NCBI GenBank assembly: GCA_963666205.1
Contig: OY762654.1
Span: 608,001 to 672,000 of the forward strand
Direction of reading: 5' to 3'
DNA length: 64,000 bases
From: Synergistales bacterium
Lineage (GTDB): Bacteria > Synergistota > Synergistia > Synergistales > JAFGMB01
The notes under the pieces were generated by a model, which was given only the letters and a program-made list of their open reading frames with translations, was not told where the DNA came from and did no database searches. This document shows, in pieces, positions 10,794 to 21,852 of the stretch (within the stretch, counting starts at the first letter, position 1; the number at the start of each line of letters is the position of its first letter). The position numbers were made by a program, and so were the translations under genes.

Positions 10794-12746
10794 ATGATAA
10801 CCATAGCTGATATTTCTATAAAATTCGGGGAAAGGACCATACTGGCGAACCTTAACTGGTCCATCAATGAAGGGAGCAGAATAGGCCTTGTGGGAGATAA
10901 CGGGGCTGGCAAGACCACCCTTCTTAAAGCCCTGACAGGTATCCAGCAGCTTGACAAGGGAACGATCTCCATTCCGAAAATACTGAAGACCGGTTACCTT
11001 CCCCAGGACCTGGTTGAATTACAGGATTCGACTCTGATCGATTTTATCAGGGAAGAAACCGGTATCGCAAAACTTGAAAAAGAGATAACAGAACTCGAAA
11101 CAGCGGTAGAACATTCAGCCCGTGGGTCAGGAGAATATAAAAGTCTTCTGAATCAGCTCGAGAATAAGAGAAAGATATATGAGAACAGGGACGGATATTC
11201 TTTCGATGCAATGGCTAAAAAGGTTTTAAAAGGACTTGGTTTCAGTGAAGATGACAGCAACAGGAAATGCAGTGATTTTTCCGGTGGATGGAAGATGAGG
11301 ATACTCCTTGCATCTGTCCTGCTCTCTGAGCCTGACATTCTCCTTCTGGACGAACCTACCAACCATCTCGATACGGAAAGTATGGAATGGCTGGAAGGCT
11401 GGTTATCATCCTTTCCAGGTACTATCATCGCCATATCCCATGACAGACGTTTTCTCGACAAGATCTGCAGGCAGATAGCTGAAGTCTACAGAGGCACCAT
11501 AACCCTTTTCAAAGGTAATCTTAGCCAATATCAGACAGTGAAAGAAAAAAACAGGGAACTTCAGGAACGGGCACTGAAAAAACAACATAAAGAGATAGAA
11601 AAGACAGAAGCATTTATATCCAGGTTCCGATATAAGGCTTCAAAAGCATCGCAGGTACAGAGCAGGCTAAGAAAGCTGGAAAAAATGGAAGTAGTCAATA
11701 CAATTGAAAAGGGAATATCAGTTCATCTTCGTTTCCCTCCCTGCGAAAGAAGCGGTTATGAAGTTGTGAAACTTGATAACGTTTCGCAGGCATATGATGG
11801 GAAACAGGTTTTCTCCGGGATAAACTTCACTGTGACCAGGGGACAGAAAATAGCCCTGGTAGGGGTTAATGGCGCAGGGAAATCCACTCTTTCCAGACTT
11901 CTTGGAAATGAGGAACCTCCCTTTCTAGGAAAAGTCATACATGGACATAAAGTCAAGATAGGATTTTTTTCACAGGAAAGCTCAAAGAATCTGAATTACG
12001 ACAACAGTATATGGCAGGAAATAGCTCCCATTGGATCACTCAACGAACAGGAAAAGAAGGGGCTGCTGGGTTCTTTCCTCTTCAGCGGTGACGATATCCA
12101 TAAACCCATATCGGTTCTATCAGGAGGGGAAAAATCACGTTTAGCCCTATTGAAGATCCTCCTGGAAGATTTTAATTTCCTTATCCTGGACGAACCTACG
12201 AATCATCTTGACATGAAGACAAGGGAACTGTTCCAGCAGGCCCTTCTTTCATACGACGGGACCCTGATCATAGTTTCACATGACAGGTATTTCCTTGATG
12301 AACTCGTGGAAAGGGTCATCGAGATCAGGAATGGGAAACTTTTCGATTATCCGGGCAACTATTCCTATTTCATTGAAAAACGAACTGCTTCATTAACCGG
12401 ACCTATGGGAAATGGATACATCGGAAACGTCGAATCTGAGAAACAGAAAAATAATTCAGATCCCCGACAGAAAAAGCGGGAAGAGGCTGAAAAAAGAAAC
12501 CATCTTTTTCAAATCAGGAAAAAGATCATGATAAGACTTAAACCTGTAGAAGAAAGAATTTCATCTCTTGAAAACGAGAGATCCGGCCTGGATGAAAGAC
12601 TTTGCTGTAGTGAACACCTTCAGAATTCAGGAAAGGTCCAGGAAATACTTAAGAGAAGATCGGAAATCGAGAATGAACTGGAAAGTCTCATACTGGAGTG
12701 GGAAAATCTCATGATGGAACTTGAAGCGGTATCTGAAACTGTTTAG
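10794..12746 (+). CDS. ABC-F family ATPase
   Basis: Two ABC domains (GDNGAGKT/FSGGWKMR/LLLDEPTNHLD and GVNGAGKS/LSGGEKSR), no TM segments, C-terminal coiled coil. Confidence 0.92.
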   Translation: MITIADISIKFGERTILANLNWSINEGSRIGLVGDNGAGKTTLLKALTGIQQLDKGTISIPKILKTGYLPQDLVELQDSTLIDFIREETGIAKLEKEITELETAVEHSARGSGEYKSLLNQLENKRKIYENRDGYSFDAMAKKVLKGLGFSEDDSNRKCSDFSGGWKMRILLASVLLSEPDILLLDEPTNHLDTESMEWLEGWLSSFPGTIIAISHDRRFLDKICRQIAEVYRGTITLFKGNLSQYQTVKEKNRELQERALKKQHKEIEKTEAFISRFRYKASKASQVQSRLRKLEKMEVVNTIEKGISVHLRFPPCERSGYEVVKLDNVSQAYDGKQVFSGINFTVTRGQKIALVGVNGAGKSTLSRLLGNEEPPFLGKVIHGHKVKIGFFSQESSKNLNYDNSIWQEIAPIGSLNEQEKKGLLGSFLFSGDDIHKPISVLSGGEKSRLALLKILLEDFNFLILDEPTNHLDMKTRELFQQALLSYDGTLIIVSHDRYFLDELVERVIEIRNGKLFDYPGNYSYFIEKRTASLTGPMGNGYIGNVESEKQKNNSDPRQKKREEAEKRNHLFQIRKKIMIRLKPVEERISSLENERSGLDERLCCSEHLQNSGKVQEILKRRSEIENELESLILEWENLMMELEAVSETV

Positions 12747-12834
12747 CACAATACAAATATTTATTTCTAACCTTGTTAATACAGTTGTTTCAATTTAAAC
12801 TATTAATATCTTTTTTCTGACAAGGTGATTTATC

Positions 12835-13617
12835 ATGAATTCTTTAAAAATACTGCTATCACTCATGCTGGTTATAGTTTTTGTTACACCCGCTACTTCC
12901 CAGAACCTCTATGAATATCGTGGACAGGTAACTCCAGATACCAGGGGTGCAAGGCTGCTGCAGGAGTTTACAGAACAGATGAAGCCGGAAATGGTGGAAA
13001 TGATTTTGGACGAGGAACCTGATGGCTCCGGAAGAGTACGGTCCCTCTTCATGGATATGAAGGGCGCGGTCATAGGGGGAGTTCGGATAGAGCGACTAAC
13101 CCTTGATGCCTTTGATGTTCAATTCACCCCTCCCTCTGAATGGAACGGAGATGAGATCGAGATCCTTGATATACTTCTGGTTCATGCCCATACGAGCATA
13201 ACTGAAAAGGACGTTAATGAAACCCTTTCGAAAAAGGCCTTTGGAGATTATGAACACTGGCATGACCTTAAACTGGATTTCAGACCTGAGGGGATATATG
13301 CACGGGGAAACTATCTGGCGAAGTTTCTCATAAAACTGGATATCCTGATAGAAATAACTGGTGATTTCAAGATTGTTAAAAAACAGCAGATCTGGCTTGA
13401 TGATTATACGATTAAAGTCAACAGAGTTTCAATTCCTGAAACTGTTACAGAGCGGGCTATCGCCAAGATCCAACCCGTGATAGACCTCAGCAGGTTCATT
13501 TTTCCACTGGAACTCGATTCTGTAAAACAGGATGAAGAACGTATCTACATAAGAAGCCGCATACTCCCAGAACCCTTTGATGGTATAACTTACAGATACT
13601 TTGCCGATCCTGAGTAA
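12835..13617 (+). CDS. Exported hypothetical protein (possibly DUF2993/LmeA-like)
   Basis: Signal peptide; ITEKDVNETL and QPVIDLSRFIFPLEL resemble DUF2993-type proteins. Confidence 0.5.
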   Translation: MNSLKILLSLMLVIVFVTPATSQNLYEYRGQVTPDTRGARLLQEFTEQMKPEMVEMILDEEPDGSGRVRSLFMDMKGAVIGGVRIERLTLDAFDVQFTPPSEWNGDEIEILDILLVHAHTSITEKDVNETLSKKAFGDYEHWHDLKLDFRPEGIYARGNYLAKFLIKLDILIEITGDFKIVKKQQIWLDDYTIKVNRVSIPETVTERAIAKIQPVIDLSRFIFPLELDSVKQDEERIYIRSRILPEPFDGITYRYFADPE

Positions 13618-13620
13618 AGT

Positions 13621-14493
13621 TCACGATTCAGTAAGACAGGCCGCACCAATAAGGGCAGCATCATTTCCCAGTTCGCTTATCCTTATATCCATGTGGGGAT
13701 AAAACGCTGGAGCTGTATACCTGATAATATATGGTTCAAGTTCTTCTAACAGGCCTTGAGCCCGGCTCATTCCTCCTCCGATAATTATCATCTCCGTATC
13801 AAGAATATGGGTTAAGGAAGCAATCGCTCGCGCCAGAGCGTCAAGAGCCTTGTCCCATATTGGCCATATTTCCTGTTCGTACCTTTTATTCCAGAGGATC
13901 TCGACATTTGCAGGTAGACCTTCCCTGCGGGCCATTTTTTCTATTCCATCAGCCGCCGAAAGGGTTTCAATATGTCCAATTGCTCCACACCCACACTCAC
14001 CTGAATCAGCTATCGCAATATGACCGAGTTCACCAGCCATACCATGAGACCCTCTTAACAGTTTCCCCCCACAGACTATGCCCCCCCCTATACCTGTACC
14101 AAGGGTTAGAACCACATAATCTGTTTTACCCCGAGCTTTCCCTGCAACCCCCTCCCCAAGGGCATAACAGTTTCCATCATTTTCAATAACCAGTGGAAAG
14201 GGCAATACCTCCTCAAAGATCTTTTTAAGGTCGCCACCCTTCCATTCCGGGAAATTCGAGAGTTTATATACTTTTTCTCTCCTGACATCGATCATGCCGG
14301 GAATACCTAAGCCAATGCCTGAACATTTACAATCTTTTGAAAGCTCTGCAACCATATCAGATATACACGACAGGATCTCGTCCACTTTTCTGGAAGGAGG
14401 AGTTTTTAATTCTATCTTATGAAGGATCCTGTGTTCGTTATTGACCAGGGCAGAGGAAAGGGTATGTCCTCCAAGGTCCACTCCTATCTTCAT
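13621..14493 (-). CDS. ROK-family sugar kinase (glucokinase-like)
   Basis: IGVDLGG, ENDGNC, LTLGTGIGGG, GELGH, CGCG motifs. Confidence 0.9.
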   Translation of the reverse strand: MKIGVDLGGHTLSSALVNNEHRILHKIELKTPPSRKVDEILSCISDMVAELSKDCKCSGIGLGIPGMIDVRREKVYKLSNFPEWKGGDLKKIFEEVLPFPLVIENDGNCYALGEGVAGKARGKTDYVVLTLGTGIGGGIVCGGKLLRGSHGMAGELGHIAIADSGECGCGAIGHIETLSAADGIEKMARREGLPANVEILWNKRYEQEIWPIWDKALDALARAIASLTHILDTEMIIIGGGMSRAQGLLEELEPYIIRYTAPAFYPHMDIRISELGNDAALIGAACLTES

Positions 14494-14533
14494 TCGTTCA
14501 CCTCCCCGAACAGGCTTAACGGATTATATTCAA

Positions 14534-15556
14534 CTACTTCAGGGGAGCAACCTCATCGCAAATACACTCATGAAGACTGGTCCCCACATCCAAGGAAGAA
14601 ACATGTGGAAGGATAACCATGAGCTTGGTTATTATGGCCTCCTTGGTCATATCCCTTCCAGATATAACTCCAAGATCCAGGGTCTTTCTTCCAACCTCGT
14701 AAACAGTAAGATCCACACCACCATAAACACACTGGGTGGTTATTACAACAGGAATAACTTTCTCCCTGGCCATTGCAAGGGCAGGAAGAAGGTTTTCCCC
14801 TATATAGGGTACTCCTCCCAACCCAAGACTTTCCAGAACTACTGCACGAGGAGACATGTCAAGGACATGTTCCAGGAAAGAAGCCTGAAAACCGGGATAT
14901 ATCTTGAGTAGAACTATATTCTTTTCAAGGGGATAATTTGCGTCTCTGAACGTGGATTTCCCCGATAGGAGGGGTCTATGATCAATCCTGACATCCCCAT
15001 TTAGATCATAGCCAACAAGAGGGTAATTTATGCTTTCAAAAGCGGTCTTTTCCCTACTCACAATTTTTTCTGACCTGGGCCCGTGAATGAGCTTACCGGC
15101 GAAACTTATGGAGACACCTGCCTGTTTCCTGCTGATAAGGTGATCGGCAAACCTGAAGGTAGAAACAATATTATCAACAGCATCCGTATCAGGTTCAGTA
15201 ATGGTTTTCATGGAACCGGTAAGTATAACTGGCTTGAGAAAGTCACACAAAAGAAAGGAGAGAGCAGAAGCAGTGTAAGCCATTGTATCGGTACCATGTA
15301 GAATGATAAAAGAATGAAAAATCTGTTCATTCTGTCTTACCACTCTAGCTATTTCAGCCCAGTCGGAAGGAACCATATTGGAACTGTCCTTAGACATAAT
15401 ATCTTCGATGCCGATCATGTGAGCCCGACCTTCCAGCTGAGGTACCTGTCGAATAAGGTCTTCTCCGGTTATTGTCGGTTTGAGTCCATTATCCCCCCTG
15501 CTGGAGGCTATTGTTCCGCCTGTTGATATAACAAGATAATCCTTCAAATTATCCAC
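14534..15556 (-). CDS. ansA: L-asparaginase (type I, cytoplasmic)
   Basis: TGGTIAS, DSSNM, HGTDTMAY, LTGSM motifs; no signal peptide. Confidence 0.88.
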   Translation of the reverse strand: MDNLKDYLVISTGGTIASSRGDNGLKPTITGEDLIRQVPQLEGRAHMIGIEDIMSKDSSNMVPSDWAEIARVVRQNEQIFHSFIILHGTDTMAYTASALSFLLCDFLKPVILTGSMKTITEPDTDAVDNIVSTFRFADHLISRKQAGVSISFAGKLIHGPRSEKIVSREKTAFESINYPLVGYDLNGDVRIDHRPLLSGKSTFRDANYPLEKNIVLLKIYPGFQASFLEHVLDMSPRAVVLESLGLGGVPYIGENLLPALAMAREKVIPVVITTQCVYGGVDLTVYEVGRKTLDLGVISGRDMTKEAIITKLMVILPHVSSLDVGTSLHECICDEVAPLK

Positions 15557-15683
15557 CTCTTTAAAATACTTTTATTAAAGGAAAACAAAAGGGATCAGAA
15601 TTCATAAATGTTCCGGGACGGAAAAAATAAAAAAGGGAAATGAATCAGTCAAAACATGACAGATACAGGAATCGTCTGTCCGA

Positions 15684-16688
15684 TCATTTGCCTGAAAGAT
15701 ATCTCATAAATCCACGAATACTGTTCTTAAGGAAAAAACCTTCCCTCTGCTTAACTGCCTCTACAAGAAATTCAAACGCCCTCAGATTCAGATCTACCTT
15801 TAAAAGCCTCTGAAAACCGATCTCTATCAGATCATCTTCAGAGTGATTTGCATCTGATCCATTCTCTTCCTTCAGGATACAATTTATTTCTCTTTCCCAA
15901 AGGAGAAGCTGTGAACGGCTGGACTGAAGCATCATAGATGGGTAATGCGAAAATCCATAGTGACAGTAACAGATGGTAGAAGCACCACTTGCATTCAGCA
16001 AGCCCAGAGATAGAAGGGTCGTACTCATCTGAAATGGCGGAGGAGTTGCAGGCCTGATATAGTCTGGCAGACCCTTCATAATGGATTCAAGACAATCCTC
16101 TCTCCATATTACATTCATTCCTGTCTGGAGATCTCTGGATAAATAAACACCGGCTGCCTCCCCTGCAAAGAGAAGATCTTCGTAAAGGAATGATAAATGG
16201 TGTGGGGCATGCCCCGGAGTATCCAGGATCTTCAATGGGAGTAGATCCTGGCCAGGGTCGACTATTACTGAGGGTGGCACGGGGATCGGTTTGCCGTAGG
16301 CTTCGGCCATTCTACCCAACGTGGCAAGACTCCCCTCCCATAGACGGGAAGGGTCAGATATATGCCTGGAACCTCTTGGTGACACAACTACTTGTGTAAG
16401 GGGAAACTTTTCATGAAAATGACCCGCTCCTCCTCCATGATCAAGATGCACGTGGGTAAGGAGAAGATAATCTACCCTATCTATCCCTAGAGATGAAAGA
16501 GTCTTTTCAAGAAAGGGGATGGTAGAAGCAGGACCCGTGTCGACAAGGATAACTTTGTCCCTGGTATGATCAATGATCAGCCAGCAGTTAAGGAATTTCT
16601 GAAAACCCCTTACCGGAAGTGGAAGATCTATAAGGTAAAGGTCCATAGTTTTATCGTTTTTAACCAGGCTGCTTAAGGACTCATTCAT
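15684..16688 (-). CDS. Metallo-beta-lactamase-fold hydrolase
   Basis: VDTGP, THVHLDHGGG, TPGHAPHH motifs. Confidence 0.85.
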   Translation of the reverse strand: MNESLSSLVKNDKTMDLYLIDLPLPVRGFQKFLNCWLIIDHTRDKVILVDTGPASTIPFLEKTLSSLGIDRVDYLLLTHVHLDHGGGAGHFHEKFPLTQVVVSPRGSRHISDPSRLWEGSLATLGRMAEAYGKPIPVPPSVIVDPGQDLLPLKILDTPGHAPHHLSFLYEDLLFAGEAAGVYLSRDLQTGMNVIWREDCLESIMKGLPDYIRPATPPPFQMSTTLLSLGLLNASGASTICYCHYGFSHYPSMMLQSSRSQLLLWEREINCILKEENGSDANHSEDDLIEIGFQRLLKVDLNLRAFEFLVEAVKQREGFFLKNSIRGFMRYLSGK

Positions 16689-16745
16689 AAGGCTCACTCC
16701 CATTACAGTGGATCCGGACAAGGGGAAAAGAAAGCACAGAACCTA

Positions 16746-17216
16746 CTACATTTCATTTATAAAGGTATCTATACCCTCTTCCATTCCGAGCATATGTTCG
16801 AGAAGATGAGTCCTGCTTATTATCCCCACCATCACTCCATCCCTTAGCACGGGAGCCAGTTTTATATTCTTTTTAAGCACAATACTTGCAACATTAAAAT
16901 CGCTGTCATCCTCGTTGAAAGTAATCACTTCAGTTCTCATAAATTTTTTTACAGGTTCATCGCTTATATCAAGAAGATGTTTCCTGAATTGACCGTAATC
17001 AGGTAGGAAAGAAGAATCTGTAAGCATGTTCATATACTTTGGAAGAGCCGCTTTCACAATGTCCTTTTCGCTGATAAAACCTGTAACATGGTTTTCTTCG
17101 TCCACCACAGGAAGCCCTGACATCCTGTGAATATGAAGTATCCTTATCGCTTTTCCTATGGGGCAGGTTTCAAGGATAGCGGTTAGATCCCTGTCCATTA
17201 TTTCGGCAACTCTCAT
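16746..17216 (-). CDS. CBS-domain-pair protein
   Basis: Two CBS repeats (GLPVVD..GFISEKD; APVLRDGVMVGIISR). Confidence 0.85.
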   Translation of the reverse strand: MRVAEIMDRDLTAILETCPIGKAIRILHIHRMSGLPVVDEENHVTGFISEKDIVKAALPKYMNMLTDSSFLPDYGQFRKHLLDISDEPVKKFMRTEVITFNEDDSDFNVASIVLKKNIKLAPVLRDGVMVGIISRTHLLEHMLGMEEGIDTFINEM

Positions 17217-17371
17217 AAATTACCCTCCTTTTAAAACGTCGTAAGAGAATAAAGAACAGAACCAGTAAAATAAAAGGGAACCCTGGAATATTTCCTCCCT
17301 GGTTCCCAATATTACCTGTTACCCGAGCACAGTCAATATCTTTTATTTAAAATATTTTAAACCCGACAAGG

Positions 17372-18652
17372 TCAGATCCCCCGAAAACGAAAAACAACAT
17401 ATAGACTACATATCAGAAGGGAAAGAATAACAACCTTTAATCCAATCTTGACAAAGTAGCCAAAGGAAAGTGGATGGCCATTTCTCTCTGCAACATCAGC
17501 AAGGACAACGTTGGCTGTTGCTCCCAGGTAGCTGCCGTTTCCGCCGAAGCAGGCTCCCATGGCGAGAGCCCAGAATAAGGGTGCACTATCCATACCCAGG
17601 CCAAGAGCCAGTTCGTTAACTACCTGAACAAATATTGCAGCAAACGCCACCGGGTTGATAAAAACACAGGAAAAACCGGACACCCAGAGAACTGCAAGAA
17701 CAGCCAGAAATTTATGTCCCACAAGCATTCTGGACATAAGTGTTGCGAGATTAAGGATAACACCTGTTTCTTTAAGGGCTCCAACCATTATGAAAAGGGA
17801 ACCGAAGAATACCAGGGTCGGCCATTCCACATCCTCATGTATTACTTCAGGCCCGGCTACAGGAATGATGGTGAGGAGAAGACCAGCTCCAAAAAGGGCT
17901 ATCACCGATGCTTCGAGGTGAAGAATATGGTGGACCACAAAACCTGAAAGAACCAGAATCATAGCAACAAGGGACTGTTTCATGAGGGCTGGATCTTTTA
18001 TCAGCCTGGTCTCGTCAACAGCATCGAGACGTTCAGTCCTGTCAGACTGGATCTTGAGGTCCTTGCGATAAACAAAAGCCAGGAAAGAACCGCAGACCAG
18101 AAGAATAACAATTGCTATGGGTGATAGATTTATCAGGAAATCAACAAAGGAGAAACCGGCAAATGAACCAACTATGATATTCGGAGGATCTCCGATAAGG
18201 GTAGCCGCTCCTCCAATATTGGACGCGAAGGCCTCACTCACAAGAAAGGGGACAGGGTTAAGGCCAAGAAGATCTGTCAGAGAAAGGACAATAGGGCTTA
18301 TGAGAAGAACGGTTGTTACGTTATCAAGAAAGGCGGACAGGATAGCAGTGACGATTATGATAGAGAAAAAAAGCAGGAACCCGTTGCCTCCTGTAAGTTT
18401 GATGGTCTTTACTGCAACATATTGAAAGACTCCGGATCGGGAAAGTACACCTACGATGATCATCATGCCGATGAGAAGACCGATCGTATTAAAATCAATG
18501 AACCCAAAGCCGACATCTGCCGGTATGACCTTGGCAAACATCAGGAATGAGGCTCCTAAAAGAGTAGCTGTAGCCCTTGTAAGATACCCTCTTGCAATTG
18601 TAAAAATAGCTCCCACAAATACAAGAATTGAAATCCAGGCATGTAAAGACAT
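17372..18652 (-). CDS. ArsB/NhaD-family (IT superfamily) permease
   Basis: SAFLDNVTTVL, SNIGGAATLIGDPPN, GACFGGNG..GATAN; start moved to MSLHAW behind GGGGGAGG. Confidence 0.87.
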   Translation of the reverse strand: MSLHAWISILVFVGAIFTIARGYLTRATATLLGASFLMFAKVIPADVGFGFIDFNTIGLLIGMMIIVGVLSRSGVFQYVAVKTIKLTGGNGFLLFFSIIIVTAILSAFLDNVTTVLLISPIVLSLTDLLGLNPVPFLVSEAFASNIGGAATLIGDPPNIIVGSFAGFSFVDFLINLSPIAIVILLVCGSFLAFVYRKDLKIQSDRTERLDAVDETRLIKDPALMKQSLVAMILVLSGFVVHHILHLEASVIALFGAGLLLTIIPVAGPEVIHEDVEWPTLVFFGSLFIMVGALKETGVILNLATLMSRMLVGHKFLAVLAVLWVSGFSCVFINPVAFAAIFVQVVNELALGLGMDSAPLFWALAMGACFGGNGSYLGATANVVLADVAERNGHPLSFGYFVKIGLKVVILSLLICSLYVVFRFRGI

Positions 18653-18798
18653 ATCAGATCGACCTCCCCCGAACAAGTTATAAAGTATACGCCAATGGCG
18701 GAAAAGAGGCAAGATTTCGCTTATTTTCCCTTTTTTGACAATGGGAATAAAAAAAACCGGCATTTCAGCCGGTTAAAGATCAGGAAAAAGTCATATTC

Positions 18799-19416
18799 TT
18801 ATTCTTCGATTATCACAAGCGTTCCATTGCTGACACTATCGACAAGTTCCCTGAGTTCATCATTCAGCATCCGTATACATCCGGCAGTAACATTCGTGCC
18901 AATGGAGGAAGGGTCATGGGTACCGTGGATCCCGATACCGTCCCACCCTGTTTTCAGCCTTATGAAAAAGGGGCCGTATGCTCCTTCTATGGGCCCCTTG
19001 CCATCTCCGAAATCATAAACCCAGTGGGTGGAATCCTCTATCTGAACAACTGTGAATGAACCTTCCGGTGTCCGATTGTCCCCAGAGCGTTCCTTGTTGC
19101 CCATGCCGGCTCCAACAGCTATGGAGTACTGTTTCTCCATTTCCGGCCCCTTGTAGAGTTCCAGGATATGGTCTTTTTTGCTGATCCTTACCCAGTACTG
19201 TTCTACGGCAATATCATTGGAGGCGACCAGAAGAGCTATCCTTCTTACGGAACCATCATCTACGGTATTTATCTCTACTGCCACAGGAGCTTCCCGGTTT
19301 GATCGATAGGCCATCCAGCCCCACCTTCCCGCAAAACCAAGGCCCAGTAAAATAACAATGCATAGCACAAAAACAGGTAGTCTGTTTTTTCTTCTATATC
19401 CGTAATATCCTCTCAT
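18799..19416 (-). CDS. L,D-transpeptidase (YkuD family)
   Basis: N-terminal TM anchor, GDNRTPEG, GIHGT...TAGCIRM catalytic motif. Confidence 0.88.
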   Translation of the reverse strand: MRGYYGYRRKNRLPVFVLCIVILLGLGFAGRWGWMAYRSNREAPVAVEINTVDDGSVRRIALLVASNDIAVEQYWVRISKKDHILELYKGPEMEKQYSIAVGAGMGNKERSGDNRTPEGSFTVVQIEDSTHWVYDFGDGKGPIEGAYGPFFIRLKTGWDGIGIHGTHDPSSIGTNVTAGCIRMLNDELRELVDSVSNGTLVIIEE

Positions 19417-19579
19417 AGTCTAACGCTCCTTTGATATGGGAAAGGGCCACTTATCCGCGGATATTTGTATCCTTTGGGGGATTCCCTTTTCATCAAGAAT
19501 ATCACAAAAGAATGAAAACAAAGTAAAAAAGAGGGCACATTCAATCCCTCTCTTTTGGTGTTATTTGTCTTCCTTTATT

Positions 19580-20329
19580 CTACTTTGCCTTGCCCTGGTT
19601 TGCGACAGCAGCAGCAGCCTTAGCTATGTCATCAGGATCGCCGAGATAATAATGTTTAAGAGGTACCAGGTCATCATCAAGCTCATAGACAAGGGGAATT
19701 CCTGTTGGAATATTAAGCCCGACTATCTCATCTTCGCCCACATTATCGAGGTATTTCACCAGGGCTCTGAGACTGTTTCCATGGGCCGCGATAATAACTT
19801 TTCGGCCTTCTTTTATAGCCGGGGCTATGGTTTCTTTCCAGTATGGCAGAAAGCGGGAAACCGTATCCTTAAGACACTCGGACCCGGGAATGTCATTCGG
19901 ATCAAGGGTACTGTAACGGGGATCCTTTCCTGGATGCCTCGGATCCGTTTTTTCCAGTTCCGGAGGCCGGATGTCATAACTGCGCCTCCAGATGAGGACC
20001 TGTTCCTCTCCTACCTTACCTGCCATTTCGGCCTTGTTGAACCCCTGAAGATCACCATAGTGTCTTTCATTAAGCCTCCAGGAACGGAAAACAGGGATCC
20101 ACATAAGATCCATTTCTTCCAGGACTATCCATAAAGTTTTTATTGCTCTCTTGAGCACAGAAGTATAGGCTGAATCAAAGGTATAGCCCTTTTCTTTAAG
20201 TATTTTCCCAGCATTAAGAGCTTCAGTAACACCCTTTTCGGAAAGATCCACATCGGTCCAGCCCGTAAAACGGTTTTCCCTGTTCCATTCACTTTCCCCA
20301 TGTCTTAAAAGTACTATTTTATATGTCAA
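19580..20329 (-). CDS. gpmA: 2,3-bisphosphoglycerate-dependent phosphoglycerate mutase
   Basis: [32 protein letters not shown]. Confidence 0.96.
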   Translation of the reverse strand: MTYKIVLLRHGESEWNRENRFTGWTDVDLSEKGVTEALNAGKILKEKGYTFDSAYTSVLKRAIKTLWIVLEEMDLMWIPVFRSWRLNERHYGDLQGFNKAEMAGKVGEEQVLIWRRSYDIRPPELEKTDPRHPGKDPRYSTLDPNDIPGSECLKDTVSRFLPYWKETIAPAIKEGRKVIIAAHGNSLRALVKYLDNVGEDEIVGLNIPTGIPLVYELDDDLVPLKHYYLGDPDDIAKAAAAVANQGKAK

Positions 20330-20400
20330 AATAATACCTCCCTGTTTTATTATTTTTCATAGGTCAATCAGATAAAACTATAAAACCCCAAAGAGCTATC

Positions 20401-21618
20401 TCAATAATATCGATTTATATTTTCTGGAAACACTTCTGTAAAGATCGGATCGAAGGACACGGGTTTACGGCCAAAACAGACATCCAGCTGTTCATAGAAA
20501 GAGACCATATCAAGGTCTACAAGTTTTCTCTTTATAGCCTCTCGAGTAGGCATATATTTAATCTCGGACCCTGATACTTCATAGACTGTAACGCCTGTTA
20601 TGCCATGAAGAAGGAGAATAACTGACGCAGCACCTATCTGTTTCCCAAAGCTTACATCAAAGGCAGAAGTTCCACCCGAGCGTACGAGGTGGCCAGGAAC
20701 AACCTCCCTTATCTCGGGATACTCGAACTGGCCGGGAACATACATGCCATTATCCCGCAGGAATTCCTTTATCTCAATATCTTCCTTCATGCGGTCTTCG
20801 AGTTGTTTATGTACATATTTGGCTGCTCCAAAAAGCTTTTTATGTCCAAAGGCATCTATCCCTGCGTCTTCATCGACAATGTATTTACCTGAAGCATCAG
20901 TCATTCCTTCTGCAGCTACAATGGTATAGGTTCCAGATTTGACATCACTCTCGATTATCCGTCTCATATAATATCTTTTCATGTGTTCATAGACCTCATC
21001 AAAATCTACAGGGATCTCCGGTATAAGGATACAATCTGCATCAGCTCCTATACCTCCCCTGAAAGCAGTATGGCCGGTATATCTTCCAAAAACCTCAACT
21101 ATCATTATCCTGTTGTGGGTTCTTCCGGTAGTTTTGATGTCCTGCACAAAATTGGCTATCTTGTTTGCAGAAGAATCTCCTCCAACAGAGTATGTCTGAA
21201 GGTCAAGATCCATGGTCTTGGGGGCATGGACACAAGGGAACCCATGTTCAGCGAGATCGACCATTACACTCCCCGTATCGTCTCCTCCTGAAATGACAAG
21301 TCCCCCAATATCGAATTTTTTCAGGCCTTCCAATATCCTGAGATATTTATTGGGATCCTCAATTCTGGAGATCTTTACCCTGGAGTGCCCTGCCTCGGAC
21401 CCTGCAAAAAAGGAAAGAACATGATCTACCCTTGACTCGTCCAGTTTAACCAGGTGATCCGTATCTACAAGATTATAAAGACCAGCGTAACCATGATGAA
21501 TAATATAGGCATCCACTCCCATGTGGTCAGCCATCCTGGCCGCTCCTCTTACAACTGCGTTGAGGCCACCGCAGTCTCCACCAGCTGTTAGAATGCCAAT
21601 GTTTTTGATCTTTGACAT
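20401..21618 (-). CDS. 6-phosphofructokinase, probably PPi-dependent
   Basis: TAGGDCGGLN, SGGDDT, APKTMDLD, EVFGR. Confidence 0.85.
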   Translation of the reverse strand: MSKIKNIGILTAGGDCGGLNAVVRGAARMADHMGVDAYIIHHGYAGLYNLVDTDHLVKLDESRVDHVLSFFAGSEAGHSRVKISRIEDPNKYLRILEGLKKFDIGGLVISGGDDTGSVMVDLAEHGFPCVHAPKTMDLDLQTYSVGGDSSANKIANFVQDIKTTGRTHNRIMIVEVFGRYTGHTAFRGGIGADADCILIPEIPVDFDEVYEHMKRYYMRRIIESDVKSGTYTIVAAEGMTDASGKYIVDEDAGIDAFGHKKLFGAAKYVHKQLEDRMKEDIEIKEFLRDNGMYVPGQFEYPEIREVVPGHLVRSGGTSAFDVSFGKQIGAASVILLLHGITGVTVYEVSGSEIKYMPTREAIKRKLVDLDMVSFYEQLDVCFGRKPVSFDPIFTEVFPENINRYY

Positions 21619-21852
21619 TTATGACACCTCCGAAAAACTTTTTCTATGGTATTTTCTCTTTCATCCAATTTGTAATATTATCATAGAGTAGAGATATTTC
21701 AGACTCAGAGAAGGACTTACCCATGGATGATTAGAGCCTGATCTCCATGAATGAAATTCAAGATGTCCTGAAGATTTGAAATGTCTCAAGGACCAGGGAT
21801 ACGTTAAAATAAAGTCGGGATTTATCCCGGTTCAATGAAAGGATGTTTTCCT

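Noticed and set aside
19436-20134. Long + strand ORFs antisense to gpmA, nusG, tuf, the MFP gene and the 8535-9254 gene
   Set aside because: These are shadow ORFs opposite well-supported genes, with no recognisable motifs.
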